A DNA stretch of 64,000 bases from Zestosphaera sp. (GTDB lineage: Archaea; Thermoproteota; Thermoprotei_A; Sulfolobales; NBVN01): positions 69,343-133,342 of the forward strand of contig JAWBSH010000003.1 in assembly GCA_038843015.1 (NCBI GenBank). Direction: 5' to 3'. Below are positions 43,294-52,910 of this stretch, one piece after another. The position numbers and the translations under genes are program-made. Under the pieces are notes generated by a model. That model searched no databases and had not been told where the DNA came from. It worked only from the letters and a program-made list of their open reading frames with translations. Each line of letters starts with the position of its first letter. Within the stretch, counting starts at the first letter, position 1.

Positions 43294-44301
43294 GTGAATG
43301 AACTAGTACTTATTTTATTAACGGTCTTCAGCGCGCTAGTGTTTCCGGGTCTCTTAACACTCTGGATCGCTTCAATGCTTAGTGAGTGGTGGGTGAGAAA
43401 GTTATTCGCTAGAACTCAGAGGAGAATGGGGCCCTCGTACGTAGGCCCTCTCGGAATACTGCAGCCTTTCGCAGACTTCCTCAAGCTACTCCTAGTAAAG
43501 ACAGAACCTAACTACAAGTATGGTAGTGTTAGGCTTGCAAGAGTCTTTGGCTGTATAGGACTTGGGGCTTTGACGGCCTCACTATTCTTACTACCTATAT
43601 CACCAGTAAGAATAGCATTCAACTACGACGTGATACTCTTCATATACTTCCTTGGTGTCTGGGTAGCTGTTTCAGAACTACTCATGTTCACTTCGTTAAC
43701 AAACCCCTTCACGATTAAGGGAGTATCGAGATTCTCATCTATTTTGGTCGTAGCAGAGCCCGCGTTCTTTACCGCGACTATAGTTCCTGTTTATTTAGTG
43801 AGTCTTGTCATGAAGAAAGAGCCTGTCTTCTCTATCAGCACGACAGCCGAGACTGTATGGGGTTTGTGGACCAACCCGCTTACGGCGATACCTATGCTCC
43901 TAGCAACTATAGCATCTTTAATCTCTATCCAGTCTAAGCTAATGTTCTCGCCATTCAATATACCGGAAGCTGAGCAAGAGTTAATAGCTGGAGTGGAAAC
44001 AGAGTTTAGCGGTCCTCTCTTAGCGCTCTTTAACTTCCTTCACGACGCAGACCTCTACGTCCTTTCGCTAGTAGTTACGTTCTTGTTCTTAGGAGGTCCG
44101 CACCCCTTCAGTAACAACTTAGTCTTAGGCGTCTTAACTATCATCCTGAAGTACTTGATAGTCCTCACCACCATAACTGTTCTTAAATCTTCTTTCGGTA
44201 GGTTCAGGATAGAACAAGGAATATCCACGATAATCAAATACGCGTTTATTCCCGCACTCATAGCCCTAATTCTTTCGATAGTTGTAGCTAGCTTCACCTA
44301 A
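43294..44301 (+). CDS. mbhM: NuoH-like membrane subunit
   Basis: 335 aa. The RKLFARTQRRMGPSYVGPLGILQPFADFLKL motif is typical of NuoH/HycD/MbhM. Confidence 0.8.
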   Translation: MNELVLILLTVFSALVFPGLLTLWIASMLSEWWVRKLFARTQRRMGPSYVGPLGILQPFADFLKLLLVKTEPNYKYGSVRLARVFGCIGLGALTASLFLLPISPVRIAFNYDVILFIYFLGVWVAVSELLMFTSLTNPFTIKGVSRFSSILVVAEPAFFTATIVPVYLVSLVMKKEPVFSISTTAETVWGLWTNPLTAIPMLLATIASLISIQSKLMFSPFNIPEAEQELIAGVETEFSGPLLALFNFLHDADLYVLSLVVTFLFLGGPHPFSNNLVLGVLTIILKYLIVLTTITVLKSSFGRFRIEQGISTIIKYAFIPALIALILSIVVASFT

Positions 44302-44807
44302 ATACTACACGTGCTTAAGGTCTTGATGATTAAGTCAGTTAAGAAGCTTATAGTATCCTGCACTTCTGGGCTGATTCCCTCACCTAAGTCAAGGTTTCTC
44401 GCTACCACGCCTAAAACTCGTACGTCCTTAAACAACTCCTCTCTTCTTAGCAACTCTATGACGAGTCTGATAGGTAGTGAGTGCGTTGTTACTAGAGCCA
44501 CTGTGTCGTCAATCGAGTCTAGGCTTGCTATGAAGTACTTAGGAGTTCCTTCTCTTTCTCCCAAAACTATTGCCGCGTCAATGATTAGAGCGTTTTTCAC
44601 AGAACGCTCTTGGATGACTGACATGCAGTTCTCTAGGCCAAATTCACACATAATAACTCTGTCTCTAGGGAAACCACGAGCTACTAAGAACTCACACAGT
44701 CTTAAGCCGGCAGCATCATCACTTCTTAACTCAGTGCCTACACAGACGAAGTAGTAGTCGCCACACACTATGTCTTTAAGGATGTCTCTGCTCAACACGC
44801 TCACCAA
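44298..44807 (-). CDS. hycI: Hydrogenase maturation endopeptidase (HycI/HybD-like)
   Basis: VCVGTELRSDDAAG matches the G.GN.lrgDDG.G motif. The size is right, and it is convergent with the last mbh gene with overlapping 3' ends. The start is ambiguous (TTG 44807 or downstream GTG codons). Confidence 0.7.
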   Translation of the reverse strand: MVSVLSRDILKDIVCGDYYFVCVGTELRSDDAAGLRLCEFLVARGFPRDRVIMCEFGLENCMSVIQERSVKNALIIDAAIVLGEREGTPKYFIASLDSIDDTVALVTTHSLPIRLVIELLRREELFKDVRVLGVVARNLDLGEGISPEVQDTISFLTDLIIKTLSTCSI

Positions 44808-45099
44808 ACGAGCCTGACTCAGGTTCTTGCTCTTTAGCTGAGATATTACTAGCGCAGTGTATGCACATACGAATCCCGGGTTCTAGCTCTACCGAGCACG
44901 TCCTGCAAATAGGTCTGCCGCACAAGATACATGAAGTTACTGAGAGTCTGGCTTTACATACTCTACACATTAAATCCGTGCAGACGGCGCAAACACCGTC
45001 TTCACTTAAATGTTTCTCGCATACGCGCCTGCCACATATCCTACATTTTCTGATGGCAGGTCTTTCCTCACACACCTCACATAGAATTGACTTACTCAC
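44776..45099 (-). CDS. Cys-rich zinc-ribbon protein (seven CxxC pairs and one CxxH pair)
   Basis: 107 aa with CEVC, CRIC, CEKH, CAVC, CRVC, CILC, CRTC and CIHC arranged as two similar halves. It lies directly upstream of, and possibly overlaps, the hycI-like gene. Confidence 0.55.
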   Translation of the reverse strand: MSKSILCEVCEERPAIRKCRICGRRVCEKHLSEDGVCAVCTDLMCRVCKARLSVTSCILCGRPICRTCSVELEPGIRMCIHCASNISAKEQEPESGSFGERVEQRHP

Positions 45100-45118
45100 T
45101 GCTTAATCACCTTCTAGA

Positions 45119-46441
45119 TCAAGGTCTAGTCTTCAGGACAACCAATAATAGCAGTACTATCGTGGCGGTGAGAACCAAAGCAATTACTAGGAAGACCTCA
45201 GGGAACTCAAGAGATATTGTCTTAGTTGTTTCTTCATTGTATGTGCTGGCAGGCTGCGTTGCGGTCGGATATGTTGTGGTTGATGTGGTGGGAGTAGTAG
45301 TTTCAGTATTTGTTTCTTGAGGCTTCTCACTAAGCATTCTCTCTAGTCTCCCTATTAAATCATCATTTATTAAATCCCTAACTAAGTCTTCTGGTAGCTT
45401 GCTAGACTCATGCATTTCTATTAACTCGAGATACCTAAATGAGGTGTAGAATTTCTCAACTTCCTCTAGGTCTTCGTTAGTTACGCTAGAGTACGTTGAC
45501 TCCCCAGTTATGAGTGTTGGGTGATATAAGCGTGCCCACGCAAGAAAATCTACTGAAACCCACCCAACTGTAGGCACGTAAATAACTACGTACGCGTGAG
45601 GTCCTGCGTTAATAAACCTGGTGAGAGAGCCGTAAACATCTGTTAGGTAGTCAAACTTCAGGTAAACGTAGCCGTACTGTATCTTTGCTGGGACGCCGTA
45701 ATACCAGAGCAAGCTAAGGAGGATCCTAGATTTATCATCACAATCACCTTCTCTTTTTTCTAGAACATCATCTAAGGACCTGGGCACGGGACTCGCGTTG
45801 TATTTTATGAGGTAATCCCCATATATGTAGTTGGCTGCCCAGACAGCTAAGTAAGTTTTAGATACTTTACTTAAGTTAAGGTTTGAAGGGAGCTTGCTAT
45901 GCATCCACTCCTCAAAGAGAGGGACAACAACTTTAATTACCTTCTCGTTAGGTTGTAACACATACTTCTCCACAATCTCTGCAGGATACGGATAATCATA
46001 AAGAGTTATATCTCCCAGATACAGGGCCCGCGACACAATGCTTAACTCCTTACGTGACTCACGAATTAATGTGACGTTTAGTATTACATAGCCTTGCGTG
46101 TTATTACTTATCAGTATTTTAAAAACTGTATTATTTCCGGAAGAATTAACTACAACGTCTCCGCCAATCTTGAAGACTTGCACTACCTGAGTATAGTGTG
46201 GTTCAGTGTAGTTTATAGGTATTTCGAAATACCCTTCAGAAACATTGTTTGCGTACGTGATCGCGGCTACGTCCACGTACACGAAATTATAAACTTCATA
46301 ACTGGGGGTCTCCTGAGCGTAGCTGACGGCCGGAGTAGTGTGTGGGGATGTCAAGGAAGAAAGTATGAGAACTAGGGAGAAGGTGAGTAAAAAATACGCC
46401 TTAACTCTCTCATTAAGACTTCTGAGCACTAGATTAGTCAC
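45119..46441 (-). CDS. Transglutaminase-like cysteine protease-fold surface protein with C-terminal membrane anchor
   Basis: Signal/TM at the N-terminus. Cys-His-Asp triad context (REGDCDDKS, AGPHAYVVIY, WVSVD). Thr/Pro-rich linker (TNTETTTPTTSTTTYPTATQPAS) and a C-terminal TM helix. Confidence 0.6.
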   Translation of the reverse strand: MTNLVLRSLNERVKAYFLLTFSLVLILSSLTSPHTTPAVSYAQETPSYEVYNFVYVDVAAITYANNVSEGYFEIPINYTEPHYTQVVQVFKIGGDVVVNSSGNNTVFKILISNNTQGYVILNVTLIRESRKELSIVSRALYLGDITLYDYPYPAEIVEKYVLQPNEKVIKVVVPLFEEWMHSKLPSNLNLSKVSKTYLAVWAANYIYGDYLIKYNASPVPRSLDDVLEKREGDCDDKSRILLSLLWYYGVPAKIQYGYVYLKFDYLTDVYGSLTRFINAGPHAYVVIYVPTVGWVSVDFLAWARLYHPTLITGESTYSSVTNEDLEEVEKFYTSFRYLELIEMHESSKLPEDLVRDLINDDLIGRLERMLSEKPQETNTETTTPTTSTTTYPTATQPASTYNEETTKTISLEFPEVFLVIALVLTATIVLLLLVVLKTRP

Positions 46442-46501
46442 CTTATTTACATAACATATCTCTTTTAATTCTTATAAACTCTCTCTATTTGGGCGTAATT
46501 A

Positions 46502-47431
46502 ATGAGTGTTAGTAGGTTTAGTGAGCGGGAGTTAATTGAAGTCATTGCTAACATACTTGGTGAGTATTATACTAAGATACCTTTCGGTTACTTAGATGAC
46601 GCAGGAGCTTTAAGAATTTTGGGCAAGTGGTTTTTCCTTAAGATAGATGGCACGTCATTCAAGACATCGAGGTATCCTTGGATGGGGTTTGACGACTTAG
46701 CATATAGAGTAGCTCTAGGCGCTGCTATTGACGTGATAGCTAAGGGAGGTACTCCGATAGCTCTCGCAGCTTCCGTAGGTCTCTCGAAAGACATGAACTT
46801 GGAGGACGTTAAGGGGGTGGCTCGCGGACTGCGCGACTCGTGCCAAGCACTCAGAACGCTATTCCTGGGAGGCGACCTAAACACTTCTGAAGAGGGCTGG
46901 CTAGATGTCGCCGTACTTGGAATTTCAAGAACCCCGATAAGCAATAAAGGGCTGAAACCAGGATATAAGGTGTACTCAACGAAGTGCTTAGGTGTTTCTT
47001 CTATCCCTGCACTAACGCATTACGAGAGAGTACTAGATGATGAAGTCCTTAAGAAATTCCTTAAAGTTCTGAGAAGACCCGACCCACCGTTAAAGTTTCT
47101 GAAAGACCTTGATAAGGTGAAAGCAGCTACGGACGTTAGTGACGGCTTAGAATCGTTAAGGAGTGTTTTAAGAATGAATGACGTGGCTATGAAGTTACGT
47201 TTTGAGGGTGTGTGTAGGGAAATACTAGACATCTCGGAGCAGTACTCTATAGACTTAAGTAGTGTTTTACGTTACATGGGGGAGGAGTACTCTATAGTTG
47301 TTTTCACGGACCTTAATATGCCTGAAGACTATATCCTCATAGGAGAAGTTATTGAGGGTTCTCCAGGCCGCATATACTTAGGAGAGCAAGAGCTACACGG
47401 TGGCTGGGATAACCTTAGGGGCTGGCTCTAG
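46502..47431 (+). CDS. thiL: AIR-synthase-related kinase, thiamine-monophosphate kinase-like
   Basis: SERELIEVIANIL...YLDDAGAL...LKIDGTSF...AIDVIAKGGTP...FLGGDLN follows the ThiL/PurM-fold pattern. It lacks the C-terminal PRIC of HypE. Confidence 0.5.
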   Translation: MSVSRFSERELIEVIANILGEYYTKIPFGYLDDAGALRILGKWFFLKIDGTSFKTSRYPWMGFDDLAYRVALGAAIDVIAKGGTPIALAASVGLSKDMNLEDVKGVARGLRDSCQALRTLFLGGDLNTSEEGWLDVAVLGISRTPISNKGLKPGYKVYSTKCLGVSSIPALTHYERVLDDEVLKKFLKVLRRPDPPLKFLKDLDKVKAATDVSDGLESLRSVLRMNDVAMKLRFEGVCREILDISEQYSIDLSSVLRYMGEEYSIVVFTDLNMPEDYILIGEVIEGSPGRIYLGEQELHGGWDNLRGWL

Positions 47432-47543
47432 AGACCTTAATCATCGTAAAACAACGCAGTCTTACTCAATTTGGGCCAGGGGCTTCGTAAACCAATAAAA
47501 ACTGAAAATATTTATTATTAACAGAGTGAAAGTTTAGGAGGTA

Positions 47544-49361
47544 ATGCAGTTGAGCAACAGTCAAAGCTCTAGGGAAGAAAAGTTAATAACGCCATCATAT
47601 TATGACCGGACGACGCAATCTATTAAGATAGCTGACAGAGAAGTTAAGATATGGGGTTCCCTACCTAAACTTAACGAGAATGAGAAACTGGTTAGGACTA
47701 CACAATCTATATGTCCCTACTGCTACGCGCTACTACCCGCGGTTATCTTAGAGAGAGACGGGAAACTATATATAAGGAAGGAGTGCCCTGAGCATGGGGA
47801 GATTGAGGAGTTATATCAGGGTAGCTCCGAGTTTGCTAGGAGGATAGAGAAATGGTATGTTGAGGGCAGGGGTCCTAGACACGTGTACACGAACTTCTCT
47901 GCTCCATGCCCTTACAGCTGTGGTTTATGCCCTATACACAAGAACCACACAGCACTAGCTAACTTAGTCTTAACGAATAGGTGCGACTTAGACTGCTGGT
48001 ACTGTTTCTTCTTTGCTGAGAAGTCAGGGTTTGTCTACGAACCAACTATAGAGCAGATCAAGTTTATGGTTCAGCAACTTCTTAAGCAGGGCGTCACACC
48101 AGCCGTGCAGCTTACTGGCGGTGAGCCTACCTTAAGAGACGACATAATTGAGATAGTTAAGTTGTTGAGAGAGATGGGGGTTAGGCATATACAGCTAAAC
48201 ACTAATATAACTAGATTTGCTAAGATGTACTTGTTTGAGGGTGAGGAAGCTGCAGTAAGGTTTTCTAAAGGTCTTAGAGAAGCAGGAGTTAACACGATAT
48301 ACATGAGTTTCGACGGGGTCTCGCCGCAAGCAAATCCTAAGAATCATTGGGAGGTCCCGTTCGCTTTAGACGCTTTCAGGAAGTCAGGAATGACTAGTGT
48401 CGTCTTAGTTCCTACAGTGATTAAGGGTCTCAACACGCATGAATTAGGAGATATTATAAAGTTTGCCGCTCTTAACAAAGACATTATTAGGTCTGTTAAT
48501 TTGCAGCCAGTGTCCTTAACTGGAATGATAAAGAAAGCTGAGAGAGACGAATTAAGAGTAACCATATATGATGTGGCTAAGCTGATAGAAGAACAAACTA
48601 AGGGTCAAATAAAAGTTAGTGACTGGTTCCCCGTGCCGGCATCAGTGCCTATATCAGAATTCGTTGAGGGGTTCAGCGGAGAGTTCAGGTTTGAAATGGC
48701 TAATCACCCAGAATGTGGTGTAGGGACTTACGTATATATAAGAATGAATGACGGGGAACCTGAATACATACCTATTACCAAGATGATAGATGTTCAGGGC
48801 TTTTTAGATTACCTCAGAGATAAATCTATGGAGCTAAAGAGTGGTGGGAGCAGATACTTAGTCGGGTCTAAGCTAATAATTTCGGCGTTACTGAAATACA
48901 TAAGGTGGAGTGACGTACCCTCAGAAATTAAGGGTATCCTGCGTAAGCTAATAAGTGAGGTGCTAGTCAAGCACACGTATGAGTCTCTCGGCGAGTGGCA
49001 CTACAAGTTTACTTTCTTGGGCATGATGCATTTCATGGATCTCTACAACTACGATGTTGAGAGGGTAATGAGATGCAACGTACATTACTTGATGCCCGAT
49101 GGTCGTGTAGTCCCGTTCTGTACGTTTAACGTGCTTAACGATGTGTATAGAGACTACGTGCAGAAGAAGTATATGTTTACTTTAGAAGAGTGGGTTAAGA
49201 TGAAGGGACCTAACAGCATAGGAGAAGCAGTAAAGTATAGGAGGAACCTAGACTTAATAAAGAAGATGACATCACATCCACTCTACATAGAGACATACAA
49301 AGACTTCATCCATAAATGGATTAATATGTACCCGTGGCTTAAAGACTCTCTACTAGCTTAA
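47544..49361 (+). CDS. Radical SAM enzyme, Tes/GDGT-MAS-like (candidate tetraether lipid synthase)
   Basis: CxxxCxxC motif NRCDLDCWYCFF. N-terminal CPYC...CPEHG metal-binding knuckle. 605 aa. This architecture matches my recollection of the MJ0619/Tes family. It is convergent with geranylgeranyl reductase. Confidence 0.5.
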   Translation: MQLSNSQSSREEKLITPSYYDRTTQSIKIADREVKIWGSLPKLNENEKLVRTTQSICPYCYALLPAVILERDGKLYIRKECPEHGEIEELYQGSSEFARRIEKWYVEGRGPRHVYTNFSAPCPYSCGLCPIHKNHTALANLVLTNRCDLDCWYCFFFAEKSGFVYEPTIEQIKFMVQQLLKQGVTPAVQLTGGEPTLRDDIIEIVKLLREMGVRHIQLNTNITRFAKMYLFEGEEAAVRFSKGLREAGVNTIYMSFDGVSPQANPKNHWEVPFALDAFRKSGMTSVVLVPTVIKGLNTHELGDIIKFAALNKDIIRSVNLQPVSLTGMIKKAERDELRVTIYDVAKLIEEQTKGQIKVSDWFPVPASVPISEFVEGFSGEFRFEMANHPECGVGTYVYIRMNDGEPEYIPITKMIDVQGFLDYLRDKSMELKSGGSRYLVGSKLIISALLKYIRWSDVPSEIKGILRKLISEVLVKHTYESLGEWHYKFTFLGMMHFMDLYNYDVERVMRCNVHYLMPDGRVVPFCTFNVLNDVYRDYVQKKYMFTLEEWVKMKGPNSIGEAVKYRRNLDLIKKMTSHPLYIETYKDFIHKWINMYPWLKDSLLA

Positions 49362-50710
49362 CTTATTTCTTCTTTAAACCTTGAATACAGTCTCTCGACT
49401 TCATCATACCACCTAGCCAGGCCTTCAGGTTTCTCAGGATAGTTTAGGTATAAGCGCTTAACGTCATTCATATAGTTAGCAACTCTGCGGAGCTTTAATA
49501 GGAGAGAGGGTCTTGATAAACCAGCTAGTAGTCTCATAGCTTTCTCAACGACGCTGAGTTCTAGGTCTCCCTTGAGGGAGACTTCATTTAAGTCTTCTTC
49601 TTTTATTATCTTCTTGCTCATCCCATACTCTAGATCATCATCACTTAGTTTCTGGAGGAAAAGCCTGAAGACGTCGAGAGCTGCTTGCTTTGCTCCATAT
49701 CTCTTATTAAAGCATATATTAGCTTCCCACAAGTTCTCTGCTGAAGGATTACCTAATTCTAGTGCGTGTTCTATTGACTTAGAGATGCACCACGAAGCTA
49801 GCATAGCAGAGCCTTTACCACCCCCATGTACTGGGTTCACTGCATAAGCAGCGTCTCCAGTTACTGCGATGCCGTTCCAGACGAGAGTTTTTACGGGTTT
49901 TCTAGTGGGTACTGCCGCACCGCCTGCCTCAATGACTTCACTCCCCCTGAATTCTTCTCTGCTTATGATGTATTGGTGTAGGAGGTCTCTAGGATTGGGG
50001 TAATTCATGCCGCCCTGAACGCCTAAACCGACGTTGACTACGTCCCCTTCTTTAGAGTAAGGGAAAAACCACCAGTATCCTCCTGGAGCTATTTTCTTGC
50101 TAACATAAATCCTGAGGATCTCTGGTTCATCTACTTCTCTCTTCAGTCTCCTAACTTCTCTATACGCTATATTTAAGTCTCTCTGGTCTATATCTTCTCT
50201 TACAGGCCACCTACTATCAAGTTTCCTGACTATAGCTCTAGCCATCCCTGAAGCATCTATCAAGACTTTAGAACTCACTTCTTGCTTTCCCTTACCCTTA
50301 ATCCACACGGAAACACCGACGACGGAGCCGTCTTTAATTAGAGGCTCTACTCCTTGAGTTTCTCCCCAGAAGTCTACGCCTCTGTTAATAGCCTCACTTA
50401 ACAAATACTTAGTATACTTTATTCGATGAACTTCATAACCCTCACCCAAGACTCTATACTTTATTTTCTCTGAGGGGGAATACACGTCAATGCCCTTCAC
50501 ATAACCTTCTAAGAGCTCGTCAGGAGGTGCTTCAAGCCCTAGCTCGCTGAAGTGGTGCTTGCCTATGGCGTCACCACAAGGTTTGTCACCTAATCTCTCA
50601 AAAGGCTTAACATCTAGTACTAAAGCCTTGAAACTACTCCTACTCAGGAAGTAAGCTAGTGAGGCGCCAGCAATCCCGGAACCTACTATTACCACATCGT
50701 ATGAGACCAA
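49358..50710 (-). CDS. Geranylgeranyl reductase family flavoprotein (digeranylgeranylglycerophospholipid reductase-like)
   Basis: FAD-binding motif DVVIVGSGIAGASLAYFL. At 450 aa it is the same size class as crenarchaeal GGR. Confidence 0.75.
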   Translation of the reverse strand: MVSYDVVIVGSGIAGASLAYFLSRSSFKALVLDVKPFERLGDKPCGDAIGKHHFSELGLEAPPDELLEGYVKGIDVYSPSEKIKYRVLGEGYEVHRIKYTKYLLSEAINRGVDFWGETQGVEPLIKDGSVVGVSVWIKGKGKQEVSSKVLIDASGMARAIVRKLDSRWPVREDIDQRDLNIAYREVRRLKREVDEPEILRIYVSKKIAPGGYWWFFPYSKEGDVVNVGLGVQGGMNYPNPRDLLHQYIISREEFRGSEVIEAGGAAVPTRKPVKTLVWNGIAVTGDAAYAVNPVHGGGKGSAMLASWCISKSIEHALELGNPSAENLWEANICFNKRYGAKQAALDVFRLFLQKLSDDDLEYGMSKKIIKEEDLNEVSLKGDLELSVVEKAMRLLAGLSRPSLLLKLRRVANYMNDVKRLYLNYPEKPEGLARWYDEVERLYSRFKEEIS

Positions 50711-50762
50711 GTGACCGCACCTTTTATACTATGAGGGACAGAATAAATTTTTAGTGTGGGTG

Positions 50763-51173
50763 TTAAGATTTCAAGTATATTCTCTCCATGCATCCATCTC
50801 TGTAGGGTCTTATGTAGTCATAGTCTCTCTCGAAGACTAGCTTAGGATTCACGCGTTTAAGTACATATTTGCATACAGGTTCTGAGACTAACTTACAAGT
50901 GTATCTCGTGTCCAACCCTAAAAACATAGTAAGCCTCAGTATAGGGCATGGGTTTCTGCTTATAGTCACTAACTCTTCATTAGTGATTTTCACAACCTCA
51001 ACATATTCTTTCTTGAGTCTGAGAAATCTGTAATAAAACAAGTCTAACAACTCACTCATAGCTTCTACTCTACGAGGCTTCAAAGTCCATAAGAATCCGT
51101 AAGCATAGAAAACAAGGAGACCTAAAAACAGAACAACTCTACTAAGAACTCCTTTCAAGACATTCTTAACCAT
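50763..51173 (-). CDS. Hypothetical membrane-anchored protein with four conserved-looking Cys
   Basis: 136 aa. An N-terminal TM is followed by CPILRL..GLD..CK..EPVCK...RDGCMERIY. There is a faint resemblance to ATC-hydrolase-like small domains, with no firm assignment. Confidence 0.3.
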   Translation of the reverse strand: MVKNVLKGVLSRVVLFLGLLVFYAYGFLWTLKPRRVEAMSELLDLFYYRFLRLKKEYVEVVKITNEELVTISRNPCPILRLTMFLGLDTRYTCKLVSEPVCKYVLKRVNPKLVFERDYDYIRPYRDGCMERIYLKS

Positions 51174-51666
51174 GATTAAGACACCGCCTTTCGGCAGATA
51201 ATGATTTGTAGACTCTTACGTACTGACACCCGAACCTCTTTACTTCCACTTCTCAACAACTTCTTCAAAGCCTACACCACAGCAGTTCCAGCCATATCAC
51301 GAGAGTTTCAAAGCTTTACGAGACTCAGAATCTTGAGGACACTGACAAACATGTAAATAATGGAAGCCTTATAAGCTTTATGACTTATTTCCCCGGCTTC
51401 CTAGTAGTTTGATTTGAGTTTCCCAAGGATCTCAAGTTAACAAGTGTAAGAGCTCTTCTTAAGTCGAGAATCACTAGAGTCTAGCGCTTTTTCACTGAAT
51501 AATGTTGATTTTTCGTGTCAGCATATGTTGTTCAGGTCGTTTCTGAATTATGTTTATGAAATCACGCACGACAAAACAGACTGAAAGTAATCTATGACTT
51601 CAGGACCCGTTCTGGTAGTGCTTAAAAGGATATATATAGAGTTTTCGTAATAAATAATAGGGTGTT

Positions 51667-52296
51667 ATGTCTTTCGTAGAAATGATTGAAGAATCAAGAG
51701 TAGATGAAGTTGACGCGTTCCGGAGAATGCGGGAAGGAGCATTAATTGAGGTTACTGCATGGACACTTTTTCTAGTCGTTATCTTCGCGATCGCTCGCGA
51801 AATAATCACTTCTCCATTACGGACATTCCCGCATCTTGTTGGTGCGGCGGTCGTGTTGCTCGTGATCTTGTTTATGGTGGTTTTCGCCGGATTTGTTAGA
51901 ATCTCTTCTGGCGTTGAAGACTTAGCTCAAGTAAATTCAGAGCTTTCGAAAATTTCTTTATTAATTAAATTCCCCTTGTGGGGTTCGCTACTTATTGCGG
52001 TGGGCCTATTGCTAATCCCAGTCATTATAGGCGTTATGATAGTGACTGTTGGGCTCGTCTTATTAATAATAAGTTACGTAGGAATAATATTATTGTCTTT
52101 TGAGTTCTACGACGAGTATGATGACAAACTATACTTGATTGCCGGCATACTCTTCATATTTCATGTAGTGTCTCTGATATTTAGTCTAGGCATCGCTACT
52201 CCAGTACTAGGCGCGGTTGCGTGGGCACTTACCTACTCCGCTCTAAGTAATACAGTTAGGAAATTACGAAGATCACAATATTCGAGCCAGATTTGA
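51667..52296 (+). CDS. Hypothetical integral membrane protein
   Basis: 209 aa with about 5 TM helices and an acidic N-terminus. Flanked by 493-nt and 614-nt non-coding spacers. I recognise no motif. Confidence 0.4.
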   Translation: MSFVEMIEESRVDEVDAFRRMREGALIEVTAWTLFLVVIFAIAREIITSPLRTFPHLVGAAVVLLVILFMVVFAGFVRISSGVEDLAQVNSELSKISLLIKFPLWGSLLIAVGLLLIPVIIGVMIVTVGLVLLIISYVGIILLSFEFYDEYDDKLYLIAGILFIFHVVSLIFSLGIATPVLGAVAWALTYSALSNTVRKLRRSQYSSQI

Positions 52297-52910
52297 AGAG
52301 AAAAGAAAACTAGAGACTACGAAGTACTAATAGCCTAGTATAAACTCAAAGAACACGTTAAAAGCCACGTCCTATACGCGAAGGAGAAATCAAGTTATGA
52401 AGGCTCAAGACTAAATGTATGCTTCGTTGGTGAAGAGGTATGACATTAATTTATTTATACTCTTAAGGCTCTGAAAATAATTAGAGTGTTGCTCAAACTT
52501 AGATGGAAGTTGTTCTCAGAAAACAGCAGAAGAGATGAACGTCATAGAACATGAAAGTTAATGAACTAATACCTACCGAGAAGAATTGAGGGCTCGTTCC
52601 GTGGTTTATCTAGTGTTGAGTCCTTGGTGTTTATCCTTATCTCACATATTACGTGACTCAGGACTATGGCTTTGGATTTACTCTCATGAGCTTGTTCCAG
52701 AGATTCTGAGATAGCCAATACGAAGAGGCTCGTCATCAACGCGCTATAAAGCACAATACTTATAGGCTTTCATTTCGGTCTTGGAGGACAAGGGTTTTTA
52801 GTCGTGAATACTTGAGAGCGTATTTCGGCCTAGAATTTTCTTGATTATTGTTGAGGGAATGAATTAAGGTTTATAAGAACCTTACGACTAGTATAATTGG
52901 GGGAAGTATT

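Noticed and set aside
44311-44754. 147-aa plus-strand ORF opposite the hycI-like gene
   Set aside because: The minus-strand product carries the protease GTELRSDDAAG motif. The plus-strand product is S/T/L-rich low complexity.
45087-45320. 77-aa Val-rich plus-strand ORF
   Set aside because: It is the antisense of the Thr-rich linker and C-terminal anchor of the transglutaminase-like protein (ACN codons read as NGT/GTN).
51190-51640. Possible C/D-box sRNAs (AATGATTT...CTGA near 51199..51226; ATGAAAT...CTGA near 51565..51595)
   Set aside because: The C boxes deviate from RUGAUGA, and no C'/D' pair or terminal stem was found. The evidence is insufficient.
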